This document shows, one piece after another, positions 24,936 to 38,460 of a stretch of DNA of 64,000 bases. The DNA comes from Eremomyces bilateralis CBS 781.70 (taxonomy: Eukaryota), in the NCBI GenBank assembly GCA_010015585.1, contig ML975152.1; one strand, written 5' to 3'. Each line of letters opens with the position of its first letter. Position 1 is the first letter of the stretch. A program made the translations under genes and the position numbers. Below the pieces are notes generated by a model. The model was given only the letters and a program-made list of their open reading frames with translations, was not told where the DNA came from and made no database searches.

Positions 24936-26831
24936 TCCGTGCCCCATGACCGCCCCACAACCTCCGGTTGTGGGTGCTCTCACACCAAACGCTCAACCCA
25001 CACCAAAACCTCAATTTGACTACCATCATCTATATATCAGAACTCGGGATGTAAATCAATATAAAAACCGAGATCCTCCGTACCAGTAGGTTGATCGAGT
25101 ATAGGAGATGGTTTCTGCTGTTTTTCCTGTTGATTTTCCCGCTGCCAGTCCCGCTGTGCCTTCCTAATTACCGCCTCCCGCTCCTTCTGACCACGCGCCT
25201 CGATATGGCCGTTCGCCTCACTAACGTACAAAGCACCGGTCTAGCTAAGTCCTGTTTTAACCTGGCGGCGACTCTTTTTGGTTTGCTGGCGGTGTGTGGC
25301 TGAAACGGACCCCTTATACGCCTCGATCTCTTCGACCGCCTTGATCAATGACTCCGTAGCTTGGCGAACGCGACGTTGGTATTTCCGGCTAGAAAGTTGG
25401 GCCTCAGGCGTATTTATGATCTTCTGTTGTGTCCGGCGTACCGTACGAATAGTATTTGGTGGAGATACGCTCGGTGTCGCCGTAATACTTGACGTTGGGG
25501 GCGAGCCATTGAATATCTGAAGCTCCTCTGCCTCTTGGTCAACCTGTTGCCGAAGGGTTGGTAAAATCTGCTCAAGATCCCATGGCCAAAGACCCCTCTC
25601 TTTGAAAGCGTGTCGAATCGTACGCGATTTGAAGGCGTTTTGGCGGATCTGGGGCATTTCTGTAAGGAATGAGGCCTTTTCCGCCGCGTCGAATCCCCAC
25701 CGTGAAATCTTCGTATTTGTCTGCCGGAAGTAGTGTTTTAACGCAAGAAACGACTTCCCATCAAGCGGCTGAAGGAAATGGGTCGTATGCGGAGGAAATG
25801 GGACAAAAATAATATCAACTTTTTCGCAGAATTGAATAAACTCATAGGTAAGATGCGAAGTATGGTTATCCATCAAAACGAGTCGTTTCCCCTTCTTAGC
25901 CCGGTGACTTATATACCGATGGAAACGCTGGATCCAATCGAAGGCAATGAGGTCGTTTGACCACCCAGTCTTAGAGATATTGATACGGTAATCGTCTGGA
26001 ATCCGGTTTTCGTACCATCGTTCAAGATGGTTCTCGCCCTTTAGGATAAAGTACGGCGGGAGAACGAAACCATCAGCAGCGATACACTCAATATCCGTAA
26101 CCGATTCGCATGACTCCGTACTAGGACTGCCTCATTTTGCCCCCGGTCGGAAACTGACTACTTTTTGGCGCTTCCCTTCACCAAGGCGGAAGCCACTTTC
26201 GTCGAAATTATATATATTCCGGGCCTCGATTCCATGCTCTTGAATCTGCTCCTGAAGGAGTTGAAACCAATGCTGTATATGTCCAAGATCCTCAGCACGT
26301 AGCCGGTCGTCCTTAACTGGTTTTTGGTCGATAAGCGGAAGGGTATGGCGCTTAATAAACTTGTATTTCCAGTTCTTGCTAACGTGGGGTGGTGGCTGGG
26401 TTGTATCGAGCGCGTTTCTTCGGAGCATAGAGTTGGCGCACGCTTCGATTTCTGTAGGCGTAGGAGGCGCTTCCCACTCATAAAGCTGGTGGATCCAAGC
26501 TAGGAGAGCCTTTTCTTGTAGCTGATCGAGTTTGGTAGCTTGTACGAACGGAGAACGATTGGTATAGGATGTTTTTCCTTGAAGGCGGCCTTCAAGGACG
26601 AACCGGCTGATTTGGAACTCACGCGCCAATGCTGAAATATTGACGGCTTTTCCTGGTTTTTTTTTTGTCTGTAGCCTCTTGACTGCTTTCTGTATAGACT
26701 CCTCTGGATATTTGACGCGTTTAGGCATGTTTGGTGGTATATACTTGAAGATAATGGTAAAATTGAGATTTCGGTGTGGGTTGAGCGTTTGGTGTGGGAG
26801 CACCGGTTGTGGGGCGGTCATGGGGCACGGA
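24936..26831 (-). mobile_element. Full-length Fot1/pogo (Tc1-mariner) DNA transposon
   Basis: TIRs at 24936-25017 and 26760-26831 (TCCGTGCCCCATGACCGCCCCACAACC...). TA duplication at 24934-24935 and 26832-26833. Internal DDE transposase. Confidence 0.95.
25037..26728 (-). pseudogene. pogo-type transposase (HTH CENP-B + DDE_1) with two in-frame stops
   Basis: One continuous frame: MPKRVKY..IYNFDESGF..IECIAADG..GWSND..LVLMDNHTSH..PPHTTHFLQPLD. Interrupted only by TGA at 26134-26132 and TAG at 25243-25241. Confidence 0.9.
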
Positions 26832-27114
26832 TACCATATTAAATTATTACCTTAACATTGGCTCGTGGTCTCGTGTTTCCGTAACTTTTCTCTGCGTTCT
26901 CCGTCAACATGTCAATGCGTTACGAGACAAAAGGGCATGCGAGCGCTGATAGGCTCTGTATATCAGGATAGGAATAGCGACAGAAAATGCCCTACGACTG
27001 CAGAAATCTGCGAATGGCATACCAGAGGCCAATGGATCATTCCAACCGCTCTCAATGGTGGGCCTGGCTGTGTACCCTCTCAAGTCAGATCTGCACCCCT
27101 TCTAGATGCGGGTA

Positions 27115-28736
27115 TCACTCGTTGACGGGAGTAAAATCTAGGAAGCATCCCCCATTTGGAATGACCAGGAAATGGTCGGTCCACTCCATATTCTCCGGCT
27201 TCATTGTTTCGTTCAACGTCACCGCGTAACGTTTGATCAGGGACGCTACTGTCAAACGCATGGTCAACAGCGCCATAGGCTGTCCGATGCAGTTCCGCAT
27301 GCCTTTCGAAAACGGCATGTATAGTTTCCTCATCTCATCAGTCCCGTTCGGATGCTCCAACCATCGCTGAGGACTGAAGGATTCGGGATCGGGAAACACC
27401 TCAGGATCTCGGTGGGTGGTGTGACAGGGCACGGAAACGATGGTCTCAAGTTTATTCTTAGCTTCGTCTACGTCAATGACTAGAAGAACCTTACCTTTGC
27501 GGGAAAGAAATGACCAGAAATCTTCTTTCCTCCTGTTGGAATAGCTCGAAGCAAGCCCATGGGAACCGGAGGGTGTTTTCGCAAGGCCTCATTGATGACG
27601 GCATTTAGAAGAGGCAGATTCAGAAGGTCGCGGTGGTCTGGAACCCCTGCTCCAGCGCTCACTGAAATGTCTTTCAGTTCTTCCCGCATTTGAGCTTGAA
27701 GATCGGGTTGCTTGGCCAGTTCCCAGAAGAGGTAAGTCAGGGAATTGCTTGATGTGTCTGTAGCAGCAAAGGTCAGATTACTAATCTCACCGGCGACTTG
27801 TGCGTCAGTCAACCCTTCTTTCTGGTCCAGCGATCGCTTGACAATCTTCGTGAGGAGATCTTTCCGGCCGGATTGTCGACCATGACGAGCCAAGTAGCCA
27901 TCGAAGGCCACGACACCATGGGCGTAAATTCGGTCATCTGCGGTCAAAAAATGTCGCACCGCTTTAGATGGCAGCGTGCTGATTAATCGCATCAGGGTGG
28001 GAAAACGGCCCCGGAGATCCCAGACGATGAAAGCAGAATCTAAATCTTCGATATACTGCGGTGCTTTCTCACAGTCGAGACCACCGAAGGGCTGGCCGAG
28101 AAAGACGGTGCCGGAGACATCGAAGCTCAACATTCGAAACCAATGCCGAAAATCCTGCGGACCCTGGCTACGATGGGTTTCAGTCACTCGCATCAGCTTC
28201 TGCACCTGATCACGGATCAGAGGTGCCATATCATTGACGCTTGCGGGCGAAAAGGCATGATTTAGCAGCTTCCGTCTCTCGCGGTGCGGGCCATGTTCGA
28301 TCCTGTTGAAGACACCTCCTCGGGTCATGTTCTTGTACCATGGAGCCTTTGGAAAGAGGCTTTGAACGCCGTATAATGCTTCGATTGCGTCGACAGTAGT
28401 GAAACTGACTTCACTAGGTGCGAGCTGGACGACAGGGCCATATTTTCTATGCAACTCATGGACAGTTTTGGCTCTCTTGCCCGCCATTTCAATGTAGAGG
28501 AGCCATATACCGGAAAATTTTGCGAGAAATGGCCCTGGAACGTTCCGGAGGGGAGAAAAGAGGCGCACGTAGAGGATCTAGGCCAATCAGTCCCAATAAC
28601 GTAGCATTATAACTGGCAATAAACTCACTTGCCAGGTAACATAAATGAGAATCGCGCAGGCGCCCAGGCTCAGGCCTTTGACGACCATCACATTACCGTT
28701 CTCTGGGAGAACTTGTTTAAAGTTCTGGATCGACAT
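27115..28736 (-). CDS. Cytochrome P450 (spliced)
   Basis: SPLRNVPGP, YGPVVQLAPSEVSF, AATDTS, EALR, PQRW, heme motif FSKGMRNCIG. Confidence 0.92.
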
Positions 28737-29440
28737 CTTCGATGTCTTTGGCACACAACGCACTCGATGCAATATTGCAATGATTCCATCAGGGCGGACT
28801 CAGGAGATAAGCCTGCTTCTTAAGCAGAGGTATCAAAGGGGAGCCCTCCCCATCCCCTCCTTTGGAGGCTGCCGATCATACCGTGCGCTGAGTTTGAGAT
28901 TCACATTACACACGATGGGATGGGAACGTTGCAAGGCCGTGATGCACAACCTGACGCAGTCATCGAGCCGTCGATGTCGCAATTGGACATTTGCACACTG
29001 AGAAGCACGCTAAATGCTTTCCTCAGTGGTCTACAGACAGGAGGAGCTGGGATGCATCCAAGAATGATTAGCAATGCGCCCTTGATTGGTTTCGCTTGGA
29101 AAAGAATGCAGGTCGCTTGCCCGGCGGCACCGGCCCGCGGCCGCTAGTGTTGGTCAGAACTTAAAGCTTAGACAGGAAACCCCTCAAGCCCCCCACCCAT
29201 AGACAATGCGCTTTACAGGGGATTTGGGACCAGCTGCTGCGGGTGGGAGCGGTAAGTTTAGCACTATGCTCAACTCTGCCAATGCTGTGTGGGGTGGGAG
29301 TTGCGATGGTGTGGAATGTGAGGTTGGAAATACCTACCGATTCCAATCTCCATTCAAAAGGACGTCTTTGCCAGACTCGCCTCACGCCCGCGAACCAGTC
29401 TCGATCTCTTGAAGGCAGCAGCTCTTCACAACCGTCGCCC

Positions 29441-30682
29441 ATGGCTTCTCAGGATTTGGAAGTCGACGAGTACGCCTCGGACTCGGCATACACAGGGAAC
29501 GATGACTCGATATACACGTCGATTGCGTCCAGCATTCGCTCCTATCGCCACGAGCACGGTTCGTACCTGTGTTCCATTGCATCCCGATTCGAAGAAAAGG
29601 GAGAGGATGGCGAAAACTCTCGGATATCGATATGACCGACCACATGTACCCCTGATGATCCATGGCATCGCTGAGTAGATTTTAGGCAGAACGTACCACG
29701 CTTTCAAAGACGTGCGTGTGTTCCCAATCCCTCGGCAATATTCGTCCATTGACAGCGTGCTAGGGCGCATACTTCATGCCCAATGACGAGAAGGAGAACG
29801 ACCGCCTGGATATGCAGCATGCGATGTTCGTCAAGACGATAGACGGCAAACTCCAGCTCGCACCGATCGGCGAAGTTCATAATGTCCTCGATATTGGAAC
29901 TGGAACCGGTACGTTTCTCTGTTCTTTTTCCGTTCCGGATGGTGTCCAATAATGGTATCAGGGATTTGGGCCGTGGACTTCGCCGATCAACATCCCTCTG
30001 CCCAAGTCACTGGGACGGACCTGTCCCCGATTCAACCTCAGTTTGTGCCACTGAATTTGACGTTCCTCGTGGACGATGCGGAAGACGAGTGGGTATTCGA
30101 TAACAAGTTCGATTTCATCCACGCACGAATGATGTGTGGATCCTTCGCAGATTGGCCCAAGTTCATCCAGCGGACGTTCGACTGGTTGGAGCCCGGTGGC
30201 TACGTCGAAATCCAAGATATCGGCATGCCGTTCAAATCGGACGACGACACCCTGAATCCGGACACGGCGCTGTGGAAATGGAGCGACATGCTCATCCGAT
30301 CCGGCGAGGTCATCGGGAGACCCCTCAACCATTGCGGACATCTCACGAAATGGATGGAAGACGCAGGTTTCGTCGACGTCGTCGAAGTGGTGAAAAAGTG
30401 GCCTCAGAATCCGTGGGCCAAGGATCCCGAGATGAAAGAGCTGGGCCTGTGGAACATGGCGAACATGCTGGAGGGAATCCACGGTCTTTCCATGAGGCCG
30501 TTTGTTGGCGCGCTCGGAATGACGCCGGATGAGGTGGAGGTGTTCCTTACTGATGTGCGGAAAGACGTCAAAAATCCTAGGATCCATTCGTACTGGGTGA
30601 TGTAGGTAGTGAGATCCGATAGCCACTGAAAGCGTACTGATTGCGTTACAGGTACTACGTGTACGGACGGAGACCTGCATGA
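29441..30682 (+). CDS. LaeA-like SAM-dependent methyltransferase (spliced)
   Basis: EHGRTYHAFKD, PNDEKENDRLD, VLDIGTGTGIWA, GTDLSPIQP, LEPGGYVE, WPQNPWAKD, YGRRP motifs. Confidence 0.92.
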
Positions 30683-31208
30683 CCGTAAGCAAGGTCCGTT
30701 ATTAACCACACACATGTCTCTATTCCCAACGATTGAATTGTGGTTGTAGAGCTTCCCCTTCTGCCTGGCGTTGGCAGCCCACGTTCCTTGCTTTGCGCAT
30801 TCGGTTTTATCAGCGAGCGTAGGATAGGTAGTCGCGAGAGACACCGGTTATTGTCAGAACTCGTAACACCTGACCATCGATGCTTATCCATGGAGTACCA
30901 AATCTATATTTGTCCCATAATACCATATTCATAGCAAATTCATATCCTACGCTAGTCTCCCATAACTAATGTGAATGATACTGCGCCGGTCCTACGGTAC
31001 AAATGGACTGGTGCTGGAAAGCTGATCCGTTGTCTAGAAACCTGATTCCCAATAAGAAACAGTGGTCCAAAAATGCCATCTCACCATGCGTCGCCTTCCA
31101 GTTTAGAATGATATATGCACACTATTAGGATTGACGGTCGATGATCTTGGAATTCGCTCAACCATCGTATCTTCACTCGTTCCGTTTTCTCTGGTATACG
31201 CCCGGCGT

Positions 31209-34200
31209 CTACCACAAGGCCTGATCGCGATCAAACCTTGCCAACTCCTTCCCCGAGTCCTCCACATCCTTCATCGCCTTCATCCGCATGTAGAAGATCG
31301 GACAGTCGCGACTACTGCAGATCACGTTATTGTGCATGCTTCCTTGGCACCGTTGACATTGCGTCCATAGCCGCGCGAACCGCACCTCCAGCTCGCTCAC
31401 CCGCCCCAGCGTTTTCTGATACAGTTCCCCGAACCGCGGCCGGCAGTCGGAGCACACCGCACCGTCCCGCTCCTCCGCGCTCGTGAGCGGCTTCTTGCAC
31501 CCCATGCACGTCTGTGTCTTCTTGGCGAACTTCATGAGCCCCCCCATCGTCGGCGCGGCGACCGCGATGCTGCGAGTGTGCGCGCCGGTCAGGAGCTGCG
31601 AGGCCACCTTGTCGCCTAGGATGGGTTCGAAGATGCGGCCGAGGGGTTTGGCGAGTTGGTTCTCGAGGTAGTATTTGGTGTCGATGGGGAGGTTGTGCTC
31701 GAGGACGTAGAGGGGGTCTTCGCTCTTTTCGAAATTGCGGGAGCCGGCGGCGCCTTTGACGATCACGTAGGCGACACGATCGCCGAGGGCGGGGGCAGAT
31801 CCGGCGTCACGCTTTTTCATGCGCTCGGCGAGCTCGACGTGCGCCTGTTTGGCGGCATAGTCGGACTTGGTCAATGCCTTGGTAATGACTAGGTTGGACA
31901 TATCGACCTTATTCTGGAGTAGGTCGGAAATGGTTTCTTTGACAAACCTAATCAATCCGTTAGTAGGGTTTTCGACATGATGATGCTGCTGGACTTACTC
32001 CTGCGCCCCTTCGACATCTCGGTCGATGAGCAACATCTTCAGTGATGTCTCAATGACAGTTTGCACCAAACGACAATTGTCCCGACGAACGGTCTCGATG
32101 CCCTTGGTGTCCATCTTGTCCCACTTGTCGGGATTGGTCCAGTAAAGCCCGGCATATCGCTTCTTGTTGATCAGCAGATACGGGAAATATACCTTCTCGA
32201 ATTCCAGTTTAATCGGCTTCAGGAACTTGGACGAGACATATTTCGCCGCCTCTTCGCCCAGCTCCATGGCTTTCGCAAGATCGGCCGGCCCGAATTTGAC
32301 CATCACGGAATCGGTGTCGCCGTACACAACCTGAGCGTCGTGAGAATACCCATTCGCCATAGTATACTTCGCTTCGACCTCATGCTTCGTCTTCTCGATC
32401 ATCTGTCGCCCATAGCTCGTGGTACTGCTTGCAATCGCAAGACAGGGCAGCTTGCCGACGGTGGCACCAGTGAGACCGTACACACTATTGGCGCTGATCT
32501 TCAAGGCAAGCTGACGACCGTTCAATACCGCTTTCTTGAAGGGGTCAGTCTCGACAGCCAATTCCCGTTTGGCCATTTTTCGCGCCCCCAGAAGCTCCTC
32601 CAAGATCTGAGATAGAAGGCCTTTACGGACTTTGGCGGTACAGAACATGTCGCCATTCGGGGTGACGATATAGTCGTCGTCTTTTTTCAACTGGAGTTTC
32701 TCGACCGCGGTTTTGTTCAGCAATGTTGTGTAGCAGAGGTTGTGTGCCTGGATGATACTGGGATACAGAGACGCAAAGTCCAGGGTGGCAATGGGAACAC
32801 GGTAATAGGATCGCACGGGTTCAATGACTGTCGCTCCTTCATACTGCTCGTCCGTGGCCTCGGACCGGAGATTTGGAATGACCAGATCCTGCTCGAGAGC
32901 CTTCCGGAACAACTGGCTCAAAAACTTGACTTGCTGTCCTCGAGAGAGAAGGAAATTGAAAGGGACTCCCGTAACTCTTGCCATCTCGGTGTAGTTGACG
33001 AGACACATGAGCTTGTCTAGAAGACGCTGCGGCAAATAGGCGTCCTTCAAGCAGTACACTGCGAGACGGCGCCTCGTGTTGGCATCGCCATTGTAGAGTT
33101 CGGTGATCATCGTATGGTGCACATCTTCCTTTTGTTCATTTAGGAAATGGGCACACACGGAATTCAACGTGTAACTCCGGAGTTGATGATCGCGCTGAAC
33201 GAGCTGAAGGAGGTCAAGTTGAAGTCTCCCGTTGGTGTTGGTCGTTTTCGTGTCTCGATTGCCCATTTGTTTGCTGGAGAAGTTGGTGCTGGTATGCTGC
33301 GACCTGACATTCCTCAAACGGGTCCAATACGGGAATTTTGTGACCTTGAGATGCTTGGCTCGGTCCAGTAAGTACGGAAAGTCGAAGTTGGCGATGTTGT
33401 AACCGATAATGACATCCGGATCCACTTTCTCGAGGAAATTTCGCCACGCTATGAGCATGTCTTCTTCTTTCTGGAACTCGAAGATCTGTGTGTTCACGAT
33501 AAGGCTGCAAGTGTCCATAGCGAAAACGTTTCGGACGAAAGGTTTCTCCTCGCCATATCGTGTCACAACGTTGGCAATCTGGATAACTGGGTCTTGATCG
33601 GCTTCAGGGAAGATACCTTTTCGGCCAGCACACTCGATGTCGAACGAGAGAACACGAAGAGGGGCCATCTTGGCCCAGTCACCTTCAGCTTGGTGAGCAA
33701 TGAGATCTTTGTAGTTGACTTCGGCTTCGATTTGGCAGTTGGAGTGTCTTTCCTTCTGTGGGAGCAGTCTGTATTTTCCGGCCGGGGCTTCGACCCACGA
33801 CATGCCGGATATCTGGAGATCATTAGTTTCACCATTATGAGAGGTCTAGAACACCCATACCTTGCAGTCGATCATGAATCGAAGAATGTATTGAATGCTG
33901 TCAAACGTGAGCACGCCTCCATCGGGCGACTTCCACAACCCCTTGTAGTTGGCATTTCCGGTCTCGATGCATGTCCGGACACGGTTGATCCATCGCGGAT
34001 CCGACACGGTGATTTTGAGGTATGCCGCTTTCTGATTTCCCTGGAAGCCAAAAATGTTCTCTTTGAGGACGATTTGGACGGAGTGGATCGTGGGCTGATG
34101 CTGGGCGAGCTTGCCGTCCAAGAAACGGCCGAAGGGTTCGCAGTCTTTCGGTTCAAAGGACACTGGCGCTGCAACGTATAGGTAGTGCATGAAACCTGTG

Positions 34201-34673
34201 ACATGGACAAGGACAGAGTGGCCGGTCTGGTGTCGGCACGTTAGCGATGCCCGCGAACAAGTCATCTAAACATGGCATACCTCCGTTACACCAAACAATC
34301 TCACTGTCGTTCTTCCTCCATGTAGTGAGCCTTCATCCGCTTCAATTTGCTGGAAGCAGATATTATCCGTCTCCTCGCTGAAATCGCCCAGCGGGGGTCG
34401 GGCCCACTCTTGGTCAGTCTCGGAGTTCCTCTGCTTCAAGCCATTGATATCCTGTGACAACTTCTCCAGCACCTCCTCTTCAAAATGACTCTTCCCCTGA
34501 CTGGAAGCTGGGGCGCCATTTACGATCCTCGTTGGAGCTTTGAGCTTTCCTGCTGGAGAGTCGTTGAGCCGCCTCTTCTTTGCAGAGTGTGGGGAAAGTT
34601 GGATGTTGGCTTTGGTGTTTGTCGATTCAACCAGCACTCTCTTGTGGGGAGTTTGAAGGGCAGTTGCCGGCAT
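31209..34673 (-). CDS. POL3: DNA polymerase delta catalytic subunit (3 introns)
   Basis: FDIEC exonuclease motif, [23 protein letters not shown], and C-terminal CysA/CysB motifs. Confidence 0.98.
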
Positions 34674-34790
34674 TTTGGATGTGATGGCAGAAGAAAGGGA
34701 AGAGAAGCGAGCAGGTGGTGGATGGTTATTACTTTCACTGGTTTAGCATCGTGGAGTGGTGTGGTTGTCAATGGAACATTTCAGATGGAC

Positions 34791-34898
34791 TTGACGCGAA
34801 TCTCCCTTTCAGACCCCTGACCGCGTTCACCAGCGCGTCATGACCGTGATGAAGCTGCATGTGACACATGCACGTGACAAGCTAGGGAGAACCACGTG
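34791..34898. promoter_or_regulatory. MCB-like CGCG cluster plus twin CACGTG upstream of POL3
   Basis: TGACGCGAA at 34792-34800, CGCGT at 34822-34826, GCGCGTCA at 34833-34840, CACGTG at 34871 and 34893. Typical of G1/S replication-gene promoters. Confidence 0.5.
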
Positions 34899-35027
34899 AT
34901 TATTTGTGATATTTCGTTTGCTTCCACCGTTCCACATTCCTTCCTTTCATAAAGTCCAACGCATGTAATTAGTCAGCTTAGGTAGTTCCCCACATGGGCC
35001 TCGCCGAGAGGCCTGACGGGCGTATGA

Positions 35028-35047
35028 ATCTCTCTCTCTCTCTCTCT
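35028..35047. repeat. (TC)n microsatellite
   Basis: About 10 TC units. Confidence 0.8.
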
Positions 35048-35898
35048 TTCATGAAGTCGGATCTGGATCCTCGATCTTTGGGTTGCTTAATAGTCAAGCA
35101 CAAGCGTTATCTCCTTGCTTAGAGTCTTATTGCTCGAGTACTGGATGGACTGACCACAGTGGAATGGTTGGTTTTCCCTAACCTCGCCAGCCTCACGGTA
35201 CCAAAGTCCGGAACAGACTGAAGCTTTAACTCAACACCAATGTCCTCCTGGCTACAGAGTACAGATACATACATGTAAGGCTCTGTCATCCAAATTACGG
35301 TACATTTAGGGCACCACATTCATGGCTAAACGATGAGGTCTTAACTTCCTCTTGGCTCCTGCTGGTTCGCAATGGCACTTTATGGCAGGTCTGTCCTTCA
35401 GTTCGCAGCGAGGTGTCTCAAGTCTAGTGGTAAATCCGGACCCTATTCTCCCGTTCCCTACTTGGTAGTTGCAAGATGCAGCAAAAGATGTAATCCTACA
35501 TCTCTAGCTCTCTTATCCGGGAACGAGAAGACATAGAGATCTTCATTTACGTGCTATTGGATCAGACTAAATACAGGATCGTTGCATTCACAAGGAACAG
35601 CACTATCACCTGCCCCTCCGAGCTATTGGTGAGCTCGCCCCAGAGTCTCAACCAAACCCTCAACGAAGAAGCTCGCTGCTCATGCAGTGGTCCTCAACAT
35701 TGAATGATGGCTTTATTAGGGTTCAAGGATAGAAAAACTAGAAACTTGGCTTTGCTTTCTTAACATCGTACGATACTGATTCTAGTCAAGTTATATACGG
35801 CCCACCCACCGTCCAACAACTCCATCAATTCTACCAATCTACCGTCCACCCCTGAGTCACTAGCACCCCTATCGGTCTTCGCCCTCGAACCCTTCACC

Positions 35899-37039
35899 AT
35901 GAAGCTCGCCGTCTTTTCCACCCAACCCTACGACCGCACCTACCTCACCCAGGCCATCGAAGCCCACAACACCTCCAACCCCCCCACTCCCCTCGAACCC
36001 CACTTTCACGCCCTCCCCCTGAGCCCCGCCACCACCCACCTCGCCGCCGCCTGCCCTGCCATCTGCGTCTTCGTCAACGACGACGTCTCCGCCCCGATCC
36101 TCACTGCCCTCCACGCCGCCGGCGTCCGCCTCATCCTCCTCCGCTGCGCCGGCTTCAACAATGTCGACATCCCCACCGCCACCGCGCTGGGCGTGCGCGT
36201 GGCGCGCATGAGCGCGTACAGCCCGGAGAGCGTGGCGGAATTCGCGCTCGCGCTGACGCTGACGCTGAATCGGAAGACGCATCGCGCGTTCAATCGAGTG
36301 CGGGAGGGGAACTTCGCGTTGGCGGGGCTGGAGGGGTTTCGGATGTATGGGGCGACGGTGGGGTTGCTGGGGACGGGGAAGATCGGGCTGTGCGCGGCGC
36401 GGATCTTCAAGGGGTTCGGGTGCCGGGTGTTGGGGTATGATCTGTTTCCGACCGAGCGGTTTACCGAGCTTGGGGGGGAGTATGCGTCGTTGGAGGAGGT
36501 GCTGAGGGTGTCGGATATTGTGAGCCTGCATTGTCCGTTGATCGACGCGTCGGCAGACCCGGAGGAGGCGAAGACGGAGAAGGGGAGAGGGACGAGGCAT
36601 ATTATCAACGCGGAGACGCTGGCGATGATGAAGCCAGGGGCCATGTTGGTGAACACCTCTCGCGGCGGGCTCATCGGTATGTATCCTGACGCCCTTCTTG
36701 TCCACACTCCCGAAACATCTACTCTAACCATCCGTTCCCGTAGATACCGCCGCCGTCATCACCGCGCTCAAGAAGAAAACTCTTGGCTCCCTCGCCATGG
36801 ACGTCTACGAAATGGAATCCTCTCTCTTCTACGTCGACCACTCTGGCGAGATCCTCGACGACGACGTCTTCGGCCGCCTGATGACCTTCCCGAACGTGCT
36901 GATCTGTGGGCACCAGGCGTTCTTCACAAAGGAGGCGCTGCAGGAGATCGCGGATGGGACGTGCCAGAATTTTCAGGACTGGGTTGTCGGGACGAAGTCG
37001 CCGAATGTGGTGGTGGAGGGGAGGGCGTTTGGTTCATGA
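35899..37039 (+). CDS. D-lactate dehydrogenase (D-2-hydroxyacid dehydrogenase), 1 intron
   Basis: LRCAGFNNVD, YSPESVAE, GTGKIG, SLHCPL, VNTSRGGLID, DVYEME, GHQAFFT. Intron at about 36677-36743. Confidence 0.93.
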
Positions 37040-37606
37040 AGGGGTGGGCTGGGAAGCTTGCTTGGCTTGAATGGGAGAGGCGAGGCTCCTGTGATGTTTT
37101 GAGTATGGATGGACACGTCATTGTGGTGATGACATTTGTATCCGTTAGCGATGAGCGTTTGATCGTGATGTTGGAATTCGTAGAATAGATATAATCCACG
37201 TGGAGGAACGTCCCTCAAATCTTATTCGATATTTTGAATTTTCATCTTTGAAGGCTATCAAGGTCATCTCAGACCCATGCAACTACATTCGGTTATCTTG
37301 AAACCAGAACATCCTCCTGCCAGTGATATTAGACAAGTACCCGGCGCCCGAGGGCTTTTTATGCCAATGCGAAAAACTCCACAACAATGGTCCCATACGA
37401 TCCCCAAACCACGACCAGATAATGGCATCGTTCTGAAAAAAGCCCAGACTCAGCATCGCTACCCAAACCTTACTCCAAAGATTTTCCGCCTCGTGGCAAT
37501 CGAATGGCAGCATCGAGAGGTCTAAATCGGCTGTTGTTTGCAAATCGTCGTGAACCGCAACGATCTCGTAAAACACATGGATACCAAACTCTGCTTCCCG
37601 CATCTT

Positions 37607-38460
37607 TCACCCGAGAAATACCGACGCGCAAATCCCAGCAATCATGACAACCCACCCGCCGTTCCCCACTCGCATCTGCCCGGCCGTACTGAGTTCAAAC
37701 GGACTGCCACCCCCTCCAGACTGCGGTTTCGCCTCCTGCGTGCTCCGTGGCGCTCCCGACGTCGAGCCTCCGCCAGGAGCTACTCCTGCATCCCCCGGTG
37801 GCGCACCCGTCGCCGTTTGTATCGGCAGATCCGACCCGTCACCCGACGTTTCCGACGACGAATCCCCGCCCCCCACGCTCGTATCCAACGTGGTCGTCGC
37901 GACGACAGGCGGCGTGCGCATCGGCGGTTCGGGCCCGCTCCTCGTGTCCATGAGCAGCCCGCCGGACTCGCCTGCTCCGGCATCTGGGTTAAGGGACGTC
38001 GGCCTCGCGTCGGGGCCAGATGGAGTGGAGGTGGAGATGATGGTGGTGCGCGCGATGGGGGTGCCGCAGAGGATTTCGATGCCTTTGCCGAAGAGGAAGA
38101 AGGCGAGGAGGGAGGTTTCGGGGAGGTCGACGTTGCTGCAGGCGAGGCGGAGGGAGGACTCGACTTGTGCGAGGCCTTGGATGCAGGAGGTGCTGCAGAC
38201 GGTGCCGCGGCTTTGGTTGGTCTGACGGAGACGGTTAGTGGGGAATAGTGGTGGGTGATGACGTCGCTTACTGGGAAATCCGCTTTTTGACATGATGGGA
38301 TGACGGCGGTGTAGGCGCGGGCACAGTTCGCCGGGAGAAGGTTCGGGTTGATTGCGGGCTGGAAATCGGATAATGAGACGGCCGTGATAAGTGGTAATAA
38401 GGTGAGGATGGAAAGGAGTATCGCTCTCGACGATAGACTCCGGGATGGACGTCGAGTCAT
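37607..38460 (-). CDS. Secreted/GPI- or TM-anchored Cys-containing, Ser/Thr/Gly-rich cell-surface protein (1 intron)
   Basis: Signal-like segment ILLSILTLLPLITA, Cys domain (C..AY..IPSC..DF..CSTSC..C..C), S/T/G/P linker, GGGSPF and a hydrophobic C-terminus. Confidence 0.75.
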
